Positions 1 through 9,695 of a stretch of DNA of 64,000 bases are shown piece after piece. Position 1 is the first letter of the stretch, and each line of letters begins with the position of its first letter. The stretch covers positions 4,401 to 68,400 of the forward strand of contig CACGUZ010000004.1 in the NCBI GenBank assembly GCA_902576375.1, given 5' to 3'. A program made the position numbers and the translations under genes. Source of the stretch: an uncultured Pelagibacteraceae bacterium (lineage in GTDB: Bacteria; Pseudomonadota; Alphaproteobacteria; Pelagibacterales; Pelagibacteraceae). The notes beneath the pieces were generated by a model. The model did not search any database and had not been told where the DNA came from. It saw nothing but the letters and a program-made list of their open reading frames with translations.

Positions 1-237
1 AAAAGAAAAAAATTTGATGGAATTATTTGTGGCCACATCCATCATGCTGAGGATAGAGACTTTAACGGGGTCAATTATTTAAATTGTGGAGACTGGGTTG
101 AATCTTGTACCGCATTAGCCGAAAATTATGATGGTAGTTTTGAAATATTATATTGGGACAAAATAAGAGAACAATATTTAGACGATAAAGAAATAATTAA
201 ACCAATTAAAACTGAAGAATTAAAAAAAGCTTCATAA
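1..237 (+). CDS. 3' end of an LpxH-like calcineurin-type metallophosphoesterase, truncated by the window edge; candidate PlcP-type phospholipase C
   Basis: Frame 1 is open from base 1 to TAA at 235-237. My translation reads KRKKFDGIICGHIHHAEDRDFNGVNYLNCGDWVESCTALAENYDGSFEILYWDK..., with GHxH and GDW motifs typical of LpxH/YbbF-like phosphoesterases. It ends 3 nt before a GT4 gene. Confidence 0.6.
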   Translation, partial: KRKKFDGIICGHIHHAEDRDFNGVNYLNCGDWVESCTALAENYDGSFEILYWDKIREQYLDDKEIIKPIKTEELKKAS

Positions 238-240
238 TTA

Positions 241-1248
241 ATGAAAATTTTAATTGCTACAGATGCATATTTTCCACAAGTAAATGGTGTCGTAAGAACC
301 ATACATGAAACAGGTAATGTATTAAAAGAACAAGGTCATAGAATAGAATATATTACACCTGACTTATTTTTTACTTTTCCGATGCCGAAATATAATGAAA
401 TTAAGTTGTCTATAAATGTATGGCCAAGAGTTGGTAATTTAATAAAGAAAATCAATCCAGATGCAATTCATATCGCTACCGAAGGCCCGATAGGCATTAT
501 GGCAAGAAGATATTGTTTAAAAAATAATCTAAAGTTTACTACGAGTTTCCATACAAGATTTGATAAATATCTAAAACTTTACTTTCCTATTATACCAGCA
601 AAATGGGCTGAAAAATTCTTAGCAAATTTTCATAATAAGGCTGAGAGAATTTTAGTAACTACAGAGTCTATGAGAAAAGAATTAATCGATATAGGTATAG
701 ATGACAATAAAATGATTACTTGGACTAGAGGAGGAAATCATGGAGCTTTTAAGAACCCTAAAAAAATTGATTTACCTCATAAAAGACCTATTTGGATTTA
801 TGTTGGAAGAGTTGCAGTTGAAAAAAACATAAGAGCTTTTTTAGAATGTGATTTAGAAGGTACAAAAATAATTATAGGAAAAGGACCTGATTTAAAAAAA
901 TTGAAAAAAGAATTCCCTAAAGATATTTTTTTAGGAGAAAAAACAAATGGTGAATTAGCATCACATTTTGCATCCTCTGATGTTTTTGTTTTCCCTAGTA
1001 AAACAGATACATTTGGAATTGTAGTTACAGAAGCTTTAAATTGTGGAACACCTGTTGCTGCGTATCCTGTTCCAGGTCCTAAAGATATATTTGAAGGATC
1101 CAAAATAAATTGTTTAGATGATGATCTTAAAGTATCAGCCCAAAAAGCTTTAAAAGTTGACAGAAATGATTGTCTTGAATTTGCAAAAAAATTCACTTGG
1201 GAAGAAACAGCAAAAATATTTTTTAACAATATTTCACCAAATCATTAG
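241..1248 (+). CDS. Glycosyltransferase family 4 (group 1); candidate Agt-type diacylglycerol glycosyltransferase
   Basis: 335-aa ORF. N-terminal MKILIATDAYFPQVNGV and C-terminal ...FPSKTDTFGIVVTEALNCGTPV... (E-x7-E-like region) are typical of GT4. It lies between the PlcP-like gene and phoR. Confidence 0.75.
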   Translation: MKILIATDAYFPQVNGVVRTIHETGNVLKEQGHRIEYITPDLFFTFPMPKYNEIKLSINVWPRVGNLIKKINPDAIHIATEGPIGIMARRYCLKNNLKFTTSFHTRFDKYLKLYFPIIPAKWAEKFLANFHNKAERILVTTESMRKELIDIGIDDNKMITWTRGGNHGAFKNPKKIDLPHKRPIWIYVGRVAVEKNIRAFLECDLEGTKIIIGKGPDLKKLKKEFPKDIFLGEKTNGELASHFASSDVFVFPSKTDTFGIVVTEALNCGTPVAAYPVPGPKDIFEGSKINCLDDDLKVSAQKALKVDRNDCLEFAKKFTWEETAKIFFNNISPNH

Positions 1249-1313
1249 TTAATTTTTCCTTAATTTATTTGCATTAAAAAGTGTAATGATGCAAAATTAA
1301 GCCATCTAAATTT

Positions 1314-2459
1314 ATGGAATATTTCGTCATTCTACTTATAGTTGTGATAGTTTATCTTCTCTATTTACTTAATCAAAAAAAAAATAAATCAATAAATACC
1401 GCTACAATAGTTAATAAAAGAGAAGAAAAAACAAAAAGAGTAATTATTGATGAGCTTGAGGATCAATTTTTTGCATTAAATAAATTTAACATAATTAAAT
1501 ATGCCAATCCAAGTGCATTAAAAAGATTTGGAAGTAATTTAATTGATAAAAACATATCTTCTATAATTCGAAAACCAGAATTAATAGAAAATATTGAAAA
1601 AGCTATCGTAGAAAATAAAACAAAAAATATCGATGTTGAAATAGACCTCCCATCATATCAATTCTATAAAATTTATATTATTCCTGGCCCAACTCATTTG
1701 TTTACTGAACCAGACTCTGTTGTGTTATTTTTAAAAGATTTTACTGAAATTACAAAAGCACAAAAATTTAAAACTGATTTTGTAGCAAATGTAAGCCATG
1801 AATTAAGAACACCTTTAATGGCAATCAAAGGATCACTAGAAACAATTGAGGGCCCAGCGTCTGATGATGAAAAGGCTAAAAAAAAATTTATGAAAATAAT
1901 GACTGATCAATCAAATAGAATGGAAAATTTAATTAATGATCTTTTAATACTCACAAGAATTGAATTAGAAGAACACATAAGGCCAAACTCTTTAGTTGAT
2001 ATAAATGATCTTTTCAAAACAATCATCAGTAATTTTGAGATTATTTTAAAAAGAAAGAAATTAAATATTAATTTATCTCTCGCCAATCCAACAGTTGTTA
2101 TTGGAGATGAAAAAAAATTACAAACTGTTTTTTCTAATCTTTTAGATAATGCAATTAAGTATTCAAAGGAAAATAAGTCTATTTTTATATCAAGCAAAAT
2201 TAGCGATGGTAAATTGTTAGAAAAAAATTTTATGATCAGTATTAAAGACGAAGGTGTTGGCATTCCTCAAAGATATATTTCTAGAATTACAGAAAGATTT
2301 TTTAGGGTAGATCTTGAACAAAGTAACAAGGTTGGTGGAACCGGTTTAGGATTAGCTATTGTAAAACATATAGTTACTCAACATCGTGGACACTATGAGA
2401 TTCTAAGTGAGGAAAACCAAGGAACTGAAATTCAAATTTATTTACCAGCGAAAACTTAA
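1314..2459 (+). CDS. phoR: Phosphate regulon sensor histidine kinase PhoR
   Basis: N-terminal TM helix, H-box FVANVSHELRTPL, N-box LLDNAIKYS, G-box GGTGLGLAIVKHIV. It is linked to pst-phoU-phoB. Confidence 0.85.
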   Translation: MEYFVILLIVVIVYLLYLLNQKKNKSINTATIVNKREEKTKRVIIDELEDQFFALNKFNIIKYANPSALKRFGSNLIDKNISSIIRKPELIENIEKAIVENKTKNIDVEIDLPSYQFYKIYIIPGPTHLFTEPDSVVLFLKDFTEITKAQKFKTDFVANVSHELRTPLMAIKGSLETIEGPASDDEKAKKKFMKIMTDQSNRMENLINDLLILTRIELEEHIRPNSLVDINDLFKTIISNFEIILKRKKLNINLSLANPTVVIGDEKKLQTVFSNLLDNAIKYSKENKSIFISSKISDGKLLEKNFMISIKDEGVGIPQRYISRITERFFRVDLEQSNKVGGTGLGLAIVKHIVTQHRGHYEILSEENQGTEIQIYLPAKT

Positions 2460-2550
2460 ATTTAAAAAATATTATATTGTAATAGTTTTAGAGGGTTTTT
2501 TTAACAATTCTTTACTTGATTAATGTTAATCTTTTAATTAATTTTTTTAT

Positions 2551-3159
2551 ATGGTTAAAATATTCAAAAATATTTTGATTTTTGCTTTTTTATTAAGCTC
2601 TATAACAACAAGTGTTTTTTCTAAAGATATCACAACATTATTAAGAAATCAGCAACTTACAGTTTTTGATATTGGAATTTTTAGATTAGAGGCAGATTTG
2701 AAAACTTCATATCCTTCTATTAAAGATCATTTAGAAGTTACTGAAGCTGAATTTTATACAAACGTAGTTACCTCGTATTCTAAAAATTCAATTGATTTAA
2801 TTGTTTCTGTTCCTATGAATAGAAATCTCAAGAAGGAAAATTATTTTTCAGATTCTTTTAGATGTAGGAATATTTTTAATTCTGTAAGAGATTTTTTATT
2901 GAGGAATGAAAATTTGAGTAATTATAGATATACTATGGCTACAAGCTATTTAACCTCTATATTTTCAACCCCAAGTTCATGGCCAAGCTGGAGATATGAT
3001 GAAGAAATTAGAGAGGAATTAGTAAACTTGGTAAAACTAGAAATAACTTTACGTCCAACCAAAGAACTAGCTCTTAATGAACAGGTAAACCCTGTTTCAT
3101 GTATTGGTGGCTTAGAAACTGATATTGATCAAATAATTATATCAAAAAAATACAACTAA
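2551..3159 (+). CDS. Hypothetical secreted/periplasmic protein with no family I recognise
   Basis: 202-aa ORF with a signal-peptide-like N-terminus (MVKIFKNILIFAFLLSSITTSVFS). It lies between phoR and pstS. I recognise no catalytic motif. Confidence 0.6.
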   Translation: MVKIFKNILIFAFLLSSITTSVFSKDITTLLRNQQLTVFDIGIFRLEADLKTSYPSIKDHLEVTEAEFYTNVVTSYSKNSIDLIVSVPMNRNLKKENYFSDSFRCRNIFNSVRDFLLRNENLSNYRYTMATSYLTSIFSTPSSWPSWRYDEEIREELVNLVKLEITLRPTKELALNEQVNPVSCIGGLETDIDQIIISKKYN

Positions 3160-3180
3160 AAAGTTACCTTTTTAACAAAA

Positions 3181-3198
3181 GTGTAACAATTCTGTAAT
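3181..3198 (+). promoter_or_regulatory. Candidate Pho box (two 7-nt direct repeats with an 11-nt period) upstream of pstS
   Basis: GTGTAAC-AATT-CTGTAAT, compared with the enterobacterial consensus CTGTCAT-N4-CTGTCAT. It lies about 70 nt upstream of the pstS ATG. Confidence 0.45.
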
Positions 3199-3268
3199 AT
3201 TAAAGATTCAATAAATTTATACGAGTCAATCATCTTTTAATTAATAAATAACGAAAGGATTAAAGATA

Positions 3269-4300
3269 ATGAAAAAACTAACTATAGTAATTGCTTCTTT
3301 AGTTGCACTTTCAATTGCAACTGTTGCTCAAGCAAGAGATCAAATTAAGATAGTTGGTTCTTCTACAGTATTCCCTTATGCAACAGTTGTTGCTGAAAGA
3401 TTTGGTGGTTCAGGATTTAAAACTCCTGTAATCGAGTCTACTGGTACTGGTGGTGGAGCTAAACTATTCTGTGCTGGTGTAGGTGAACAACATCCAGATA
3501 TTACAAATGCATCAAGAGCTATGAAAGATAAAGAAAAAGCTCTATGTAAGAAAAATGGTGTTAATGATATCGTTGAGATCGTAATTGGTAACGATGGTAT
3601 TACATTAGCTTACAGCAAAGATGCAAAACCAGTAAACTTTACTAAAGAACAATTATATTTAGCACTTGCTGCTCATACAGTTGTTGATGGTAAATTAGTT
3701 CCAAATATTTATAAAACTTGGGACCAAATTGACCCTAGCTTACCAAAACAAAAAATTTCAGTGATGATCCCACCAGGAACATCAGGAACTAGAGATGCTT
3801 GGAATTCTTTAGTAATGAAAAAAGGTATGACTAAAGAAGCTAAAGCTCTTTATAAAGCTGGTTTTGAAGCTGGAAATAAAAAATACAAAAAACCTCAAAA
3901 ACTTTACAGAGAAGATGGTGCTGCTATTGAAGTTGGAGAAAACGATAGTTTAATCATCCAAAAGTTAACTCAAGATAAAGAAATGTTTGGTTTCTTTGGT
4001 TTCAGTTATTTCTTAGCTGCAAAAGATAAATTGCAAGCAGCAAGTATTGATGGTGGACAACCGTCATTAAAGTCTATTCAAGACTACAGTTATGCTGTTG
4101 CTAGACCTTTATTCTTCTACGTGAAAAAAGCACACGTTGGAGTAATTCCAGGCTTACATGAGTTTGTGAAAGAATTCACAACTAAGAAAGCTATTGGAAA
4201 AGGTGGTTACTTAGCAGACATTGGTTTAGTGCCATTAGACTCTAAGTTGTATAAAACAACTAGAACTAATGCTACGAAGCTAGTTGCTATGGGTAATTAA
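3269..4300 (+). CDS. pstS: Phosphate ABC transporter substrate-binding protein PstS
   Basis: Signal peptide, then IKIVGSSTVFPY and ESTGTGGG motifs of PBP-like phosphate binders. First gene of the pst operon; AAAGGA RBS. Confidence 0.9.
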   Translation: MKKLTIVIASLVALSIATVAQARDQIKIVGSSTVFPYATVVAERFGGSGFKTPVIESTGTGGGAKLFCAGVGEQHPDITNASRAMKDKEKALCKKNGVNDIVEIVIGNDGITLAYSKDAKPVNFTKEQLYLALAAHTVVDGKLVPNIYKTWDQIDPSLPKQKISVMIPPGTSGTRDAWNSLVMKKGMTKEAKALYKAGFEAGNKKYKKPQKLYREDGAAIEVGENDSLIIQKLTQDKEMFGFFGFSYFLAAKDKLQAASIDGGQPSLKSIQDYSYAVARPLFFYVKKAHVGVIPGLHEFVKEFTTKKAIGKGGYLADIGLVPLDSKLYKTTRTNATKLVAMGN

Positions 4301-4324
4301 TTATTCCTCAGTTAACAAATGATT

Positions 4325-4356
4325 AAAAAGGGGGTCTTTTTAGACCCCTTTTTTTT
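4325..4356 (+). terminator. Rho-independent terminator/attenuator hairpin between pstS and pstC
   Basis: AAAAAGGGGGTC-ttttta-GACCCC followed by a run of 8 T. It is the only strong GC stem plus U-tract I saw in this region. Confidence 0.7.
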
Positions 4357-4391
4357 AAAAAAAGAGTAAAGTCCTCACTTAAGGAGATTCT

Positions 4392-5777
4392 GTGAACTTA
4401 ATATTATTTACATTTATTGTTCTTCTAGGTTTCACAAGCTATTATTTTGGACGCAAAAAAGCATATAAAATTCAATCTACAAAAAAAAGATTAACCGCAT
4501 TACCACAATTTTATGGTTATTATCTTGCAATCTGGTGTGCAATACCAGCCTTTATAATTTTTTCATTATGGGCAATTTTTGAGCCCACAATTGTAAAACT
4601 ATTAATCTTAAGTGATTATTCAAATCAAGGTTATCTTGATGATGAATTAAATTTATTATACGAAAAATCAAAAGCATTGTCTCGAGGGCAATTCACTGGA
4701 GAAATTACACCTTTTATTGAAGCTTCAGCTGAAAAATATTTAAGTCTTCGATCAATAGCTCAAAGTTCAAAAGTTGTTATAGTATTATCTGCAATTATTG
4801 CCTCTGTTGCTTATGCGTATAAAAGAATTTCATCTAATTCTAGAACAAGAGAACCAGTTGAAAAATTTTTGAACGCAGTTTTATTTACAGCTTCTTTAGC
4901 TGCAATATTAACTACTGTTGGAATAGTTTTCTCACTTATATTTCAAACTATAGATTTTTTTAAAGTAATTCCATTATTTGATTTTGTCTTTGGAACTCAC
5001 TGGTATCCAGCAAAAGCTTTTGTTAGAGATTCTTCTGAGGCTTTAGATCCGACAATGTATTCAGATACTTTTGGAGCAGTCCCTATTTTTGCAGGTACTT
5101 TTTTTATTGCATTTATTGCTATGTGCGTTGCTATCCCAATTGGATTAATGAGTGGAATTTATTTAGCTGAATATGCATCAACTAAAGTTAGACAATATGC
5201 AAAACCATTAATTGAAATTTTAGCTGGTATACCAACAGTTGTTTATGGTTTTTTTGCTGCCCTAACTGTTGGACCATTTTTGAAAGAATTAGGAACTTCA
5301 ATGGGTCTTGAAGTTTCAGCTGAAAGTGCTTTAGCAGCAGGAGGGGTAATGGGTATTATGATTATACCATTTATTTCAAGTTTAAGTGACGATGTAATTA
5401 CAAGTGTGCCTCAAAGTTTAAGAGATGGAAGTTACGCTATGGGAGCAACTAAATCAGAAACAATTAAGAGAGTTATTTTTCCCGCGGCATTGCCGGGGAT
5501 AGTTGGATCTATTTTACTTGGTGTTTCAAGAGCTATTGGAGAAACAATGATAGTTGTTATGGCCTCTGGTTTAGCTGCTAATTTAACTTTAAATCCTTTA
5601 GAGTCTACTTCAACGATTACAGCTCAAATTGTAGTTATTCTAATTGGTGACCAAGCTTTTGGCGACCCAAAAACGCAAGCTGCTTTTGCTTTAGGTATGT
5701 CATTATTTTTAGTAACACTTTGTTTAAATATTGTGGCCTTGAGAGTAGTTAAAAAATATAGAGAAAAATATGAATAA
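4392..5777 (+). CDS. pstC: Phosphate ABC transporter permease PstC (long form)
   Basis: GTG start 6 nt after AAGGAG. Multi-TM protein with the ABC permease loop YAMGATKSETIKRVIFPAALPGI. Confidence 0.9.
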   Translation: MNLILFTFIVLLGFTSYYFGRKKAYKIQSTKKRLTALPQFYGYYLAIWCAIPAFIIFSLWAIFEPTIVKLLILSDYSNQGYLDDELNLLYEKSKALSRGQFTGEITPFIEASAEKYLSLRSIAQSSKVVIVLSAIIASVAYAYKRISSNSRTREPVEKFLNAVLFTASLAAILTTVGIVFSLIFQTIDFFKVIPLFDFVFGTHWYPAKAFVRDSSEALDPTMYSDTFGAVPIFAGTFFIAFIAMCVAIPIGLMSGIYLAEYASTKVRQYAKPLIEILAGIPTVVYGFFAALTVGPFLKELGTSMGLEVSAESALAAGGVMGIMIIPFISSLSDDVITSVPQSLRDGSYAMGATKSETIKRVIFPAALPGIVGSILLGVSRAIGETMIVVMASGLAANLTLNPLESTSTITAQIVVILIGDQAFGDPKTQAAFALGMSLFLVTLCLNIVALRVVKKYREKYE

Positions 5778-7038
5778 AAATAAAGAACAATTATTAAATA
5801 AAAGATATAAAGCTGAACAGCGATTTCGCTTATACGGTCTGAGTGCAATTTTTATGGCACTTTTATTTTTAACAATCTTTATTTTTAAAATTTTTTCAAC
5901 TGGCTATTCAGCTTTTCAAAAAACATGGCTTATTGTTCCAGTAACTTTCGATGCTGAATTAATGATGTTAGACCAAAATCCTTCTAAAGAAGATTTACAG
6001 GACGCTGATTATTACGATATAGCATTAAAATCAATGGCTGATTTAGATCCAAACGCCAATGAAGATCAAGAAAATGAATTGAAGAGAATGGTGTCTTATT
6101 TTTTTGAAAAAGAAATTAAAAATGAACTTTTAAATGACCCTAATTTAATAGGAAAAACAAAGGAAGTTTATCTAACTGCTTCAGATGATTTAGACCAAGT
6201 CTTTAAAGGAAATTATCCAAGAGATTTACCTGAAGAACAAAGAAGAGTAAGCGATTATCAATTAAAAATTTTTGATCAACTTGTTGCAAATAGTAAGGTT
6301 GAAAGTAAATTTAATATAAGTTTTTTTACAAATGCTGACTCAAGAGAAGCTGAGCTAGCTGGAATAGCAAGTTCATTTATGGGCTCAATTTTTTCTATAC
6401 TTGTTTGTTTAATGATAGCTTTTCCTGTTGCGGTTCTAGCTGCAATCTATCTTGAAGAATTTGCCCCTAAAAATAGATTTACTGATTTTATTGAAGTTAA
6501 TATAAACAACTTAGCAGCGGTTCCATCTATAGTTTTTGGTCTATTAGGGTTAGGAGTTTTATTGGCTATATTTCAATTACCAAGGTCTACCCCATTAGTT
6601 GGAGGTATCACTTTGTCCTTAATGACCTTACCAACAATAATTATAGCTGCTAGAGCATCTTTAAAAGCAGTTCCACCAAGTATAAGAGAGGCAGCACTTG
6701 CTATTGGAGCAAGTCGAATGCAAACCACAATGCATCATACAGTTCCTCTTTCTATGCCTGGCACGTTATCAGGAACAATAATTGGTTTAGCTCAAGCTTT
6801 AGGAGAAACTGCACCCTTAATTTTAATTGGAATGGTTGCTTTTGTTAACACGATACCTGGGTCACCCATGGATCCTGCTGCAAGCTTACCAGTTCAAATT
6901 TATATTTGGGCTGAAAGTGCTGAAAGGGGATTTGTAGAAAAAGTTTCGGCATGTATAATGGTCTTACTTGGCTTTTTAATAATAATGAATTTATTTGCCC
7001 AAATAATAAGACATAAGTTTGAGAAAAAATGGAGTTAA
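5770..7038 (+). CDS. pstA: Phosphate ABC transporter permease PstA (long form)
   Basis: 8-nt overlap with pstC. Permease loop [23 protein letters not shown] and a large periplasmic loop after TM1. Confidence 0.9.
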   Translation: MNKNKEQLLNKRYKAEQRFRLYGLSAIFMALLFLTIFIFKIFSTGYSAFQKTWLIVPVTFDAELMMLDQNPSKEDLQDADYYDIALKSMADLDPNANEDQENELKRMVSYFFEKEIKNELLNDPNLIGKTKEVYLTASDDLDQVFKGNYPRDLPEEQRRVSDYQLKIFDQLVANSKVESKFNISFFTNADSREAELAGIASSFMGSIFSILVCLMIAFPVAVLAAIYLEEFAPKNRFTDFIEVNINNLAAVPSIVFGLLGLGVLLAIFQLPRSTPLVGGITLSLMTLPTIIIAARASLKAVPPSIREAALAIGASRMQTTMHHTVPLSMPGTLSGTIIGLAQALGETAPLILIGMVAFVNTIPGSPMDPAASLPVQIYIWAESAERGFVEKVSACIMVLLGFLIIMNLFAQIIRHKFEKKWS

Positions 7039-7039
7039 A

Positions 7040-7795
7040 ATGATAAAGATTAAAGCAAAAGATGTTGATGTTTTTTATGGAAAAAAACAAGCGCTCTTTA
7101 ATATAAGTTTAGATATTGAGGAAAATCAAGTAACGGCATTAATTGGTCCATCTGGTTGTGGTAAATCAACTTTCCTAAGATGTCTTAATAGAATGAATGA
7201 TGTAATTGATATCTGTAGTGTTAAAGGAGAAATTTTAATTAATGATTTTAATATCAATGATAAAAGTTGTGATGTCGTAAGACTAAGAGAAAAAATTGGT
7301 ATGGTTTTTCAAAAACCCAATCCTTTCCCAAAAACTTTATATGAAAATGTGTCTTACGGTCCAACAATTCATGGTATGGCTCAATCAAAACAAGAAATGG
7401 ATGAAATTGTTGAAACTAGTTTGAAAAAGGCTGCACTATGGGAAGAGGTAAAAGATAGGTTGCATGAACCTGGAACTGGATTATCTGGAGGACAACAGCA
7501 AAGACTTTGTATTGCTAGAGCGATTTCTGTAAGACCTGAAGTTATATTAATGGATGAACCTTGTTCAGCATTAGATCCAATAGCAACAGCACAAATTGAA
7601 GAATTGATTGATGAGTTAAAAAAAGAGCACACAATAATAATTGTAACTCATTCTATGGCTCAAGCAGCACGTGTTTCTCAAAATACAGGTTTTTTTCATT
7701 TAGGTCAATTGATTGAACATGGATCTACTGATAAAATATTTAAGAATCCTGATAATAAAAAAACGCAAGATTATATAACAGGGAGGTTTGGATAA
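7040..7795 (+). CDS. pstB: Phosphate import ATP-binding protein PstB
   Basis: Walker [10 protein letters not shown], signature LSGGQQQRL, Walker B ILMDEP. I prefer the ATG at 7040 (GGAG 5 nt upstream) over the TTG at 7019 used by the ORF track. Confidence 0.92.
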   Translation: MIKIKAKDVDVFYGKKQALFNISLDIEENQVTALIGPSGCGKSTFLRCLNRMNDVIDICSVKGEILINDFNINDKSCDVVRLREKIGMVFQKPNPFPKTLYENVSYGPTIHGMAQSKQEMDEIVETSLKKAALWEEVKDRLHEPGTGLSGGQQQRLCIARAISVRPEVILMDEPCSALDPIATAQIEELIDELKKEHTIIIVTHSMAQAARVSQNTGFFHLGQLIEHGSTDKIFKNPDNKKTQDYITGRFG

Positions 7796-8502
7796 TGTCT
7801 GAAGCACCACATACAGTCAAATCTTACGAAGAAGAACTAAAAAATCTTAATGCTAATATAATTAAAATGGGAAGTGCATGTGAAGATTCTTTAGGTAAAG
7901 CAATTCAAGCCATTACAACAAGAGATAATAATATTGCAGAAGCTGTTATTCAAGAAGATGAAAAAATAGATAAATATGAGACTTTAATTGAACAGCAAGT
8001 TGTGAATTTAATTGCTTTAAGACAACCTATGGCAATTGATTTAAGAGAGACAGTAACGGCTTTGAAAATGTCTTCAGATTTAGAAAGAATAGGTGATTTA
8101 GCAAAAAATATATCCAAGAGAACACTTTTGCTTAACGAAAATCTTCCAAAGAACTTGGTAGACTCATTGAATAGAGTATCTACCAATGTTCAAAAACAAT
8201 TAAAATCAATATTAGATGCTTATCTAGAAAGATCTGCGCCAATGGCAGTAAATGTTTGGGAAAGTGATGAGCAAATAGATGATCTAACAAATCTTTGTAT
8301 GAAAGAAGTTATAAAATATCTTAAAGAAAATGAAAAAAATTTAGAAGATGGAACCCATTTATTGTTTGTAACTAAAAACATAGAGCGTATTGGTGATCAT
8401 ACTACAAATGTTGCAGAACAAGTTTATTATTTAGTTAAAGGCGAATATTTAGAAGGTGATAGACCCAAGGGAACAGAGCCAATTGTAACCGGAGAAAAAT
8501 GA
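7795..8502 (+). CDS. phoU: Phosphate signalling accessory protein PhoU
   Basis: Two PhoU repeats (DLERIGDLAKNI and NIERIGDHTTNVAE). 1-nt TAATG overlap with pstB. Confidence 0.92.
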   Translation: MSEAPHTVKSYEEELKNLNANIIKMGSACEDSLGKAIQAITTRDNNIAEAVIQEDEKIDKYETLIEQQVVNLIALRQPMAIDLRETVTALKMSSDLERIGDLAKNISKRTLLLNENLPKNLVDSLNRVSTNVQKQLKSILDAYLERSAPMAVNVWESDEQIDDLTNLCMKEVIKYLKENEKNLEDGTHLLFVTKNIERIGDHTTNVAEQVYYLVKGEYLEGDRPKGTEPIVTGEK

Positions 8503-8505
8503 TTT

Positions 8506-9189
8506 ATGTCAGCTCATGTTTTCATAGCTGAAGATGAAGCATCAATTGTTAGTTTGTTAAAGTACAATCTTGAAAAAGAAGGTTATAAAGTCAGTCATTC
8601 AGAAAATGGAGAAGATGCTCTTAAACAAATAAAATTAAAACAGCCAGATTTAATATTAATGGATTGGATGTTACCAGAATTATCTGGTGTTGAAATTTGT
8701 AAAAACTTAAAAAAAGATAATAAGTTTAATGATATTCCTGTCATTATGTTAACTGCAAAAGGGGAGGAAGAAGACAAATTAAAAGCATTTGATACAGGTG
8801 CAGATGATTATGTAACTAAACCTTTTAGTCAAAAAGAATTGAATGCTAGAATTAAATCTTTATTGAGAAGATCTAAACCTCAATCATCATCAGACATTGT
8901 AGAATTTACTGATTTAAAAATAGATCGGATTACAAAAAGAGTTTATAGAAAAGATAAAGAAATTACTTTGGGTCCAACTGAATTTAAACTCTTAGATTTT
9001 TTTATCAAAAATCCAAAAAGAGTTTATTCAAGAGAACAACTCTTAAACAATGTTTGGGGAGAAAATATATATGTTGAGTCTAGAACAGTTGATGTTCATA
9101 TTAGAAGATTAAGACAAGCAATTAACATACAAAATACAAAACCTTTAATTAGAACAGTAAGATCAGCTGGTTATTCTTTAGAATCTTGA
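8506..9189 (+). CDS. phoB: Phosphate regulon response regulator PhoB (OmpR family)
   Basis: Receiver domain (DLILMDWMLP, KPF) plus winged helix (RTVDVHIRRLR). Confidence 0.92.
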   Translation: MSAHVFIAEDEASIVSLLKYNLEKEGYKVSHSENGEDALKQIKLKQPDLILMDWMLPELSGVEICKNLKKDNKFNDIPVIMLTAKGEEEDKLKAFDTGADDYVTKPFSQKELNARIKSLLRRSKPQSSSDIVEFTDLKIDRITKRVYRKDKEITLGPTEFKLLDFFIKNPKRVYSREQLLNNVWGENIYVESRTVDVHIRRLRQAINIQNTKPLIRTVRSAGYSLES

Positions 9190-9695
9190 AGATCTTTGGG
9201 TCTTATAAATTTTTTTAATACTCCCTTTTTCTCAACTTCATTCCAGGATTTAATATCAAACTCAATTTTTGCAAATGCTGCTGTTGGGAATTTATAATTC
9301 ATTAGTTTAAAATTATTCGTATTATGATTTTTTGTAAGATTTCGTACTAAATTTTTCACTGATGGTTCATGGTTTATAATCAAAATTGATTTATATTCAC
9401 TGGATATTTCTTTAATTTTTTTTACAATTGCATTCTCATCAACTAAATATAAATCTTTTGAAAAATTAACTTTTTTTGGCTTATTAATTTTCTTGGATAA
9501 AATTTGAAAAGTTTTTTTTGTTCTTTTTGATGATGAAATTAATGCATAATCAAATTCAAATTTTTTTTTAACAAAAAATTCACAAATCATTTTTGCATTT
9601 TTCTTGCCTCTTTTAGTAAGTGGTCTATCAAAATCATCAATACTTAAATCATCCCAACTAGATTTTGCGTGTCTCATAACGTATAATTGATACAT
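9171..9695 (-). CDS. SixA-type histidine phosphatase family protein
   Basis: LYVMRHAKSSW (RHA/G catalytic motif) followed by DRPLTKRG. I prefer the ATG at 9695, or 9677. The ORF-track start at 9788 would run 80 nt into ppk. Confidence 0.75.
   Translation of the reverse strand: MYQLYVMRHAKSSWDDLSIDDFDRPLTKRGKKNAKMICEFFVKKKFEFDYALISSSKRTKKTFQILSKKINKPKKVNFSKDLYLVDENAIVKKIKEISSEYKSILIINHEPSVKNLVRNLTKNHNTNNFKLMNYKFPTAAFAKIEFDIKSWNEVEKKGVLKKFIRPKDLQDSKE

Noticed and set aside
1268-1295. Inverted repeat TTTGCAT-N14-ATGCAAA, with a GTGTAAT half-site, between the GT4 gene and phoR. I considered it as a terminator or Pho box.
   Set aside because: The stem is only 7 bp and AT-rich with a 14-nt loop and no U-tract. 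Only one Pho-box half-site is present, with no partner at 11-bp spacing. The evidence is too weak.
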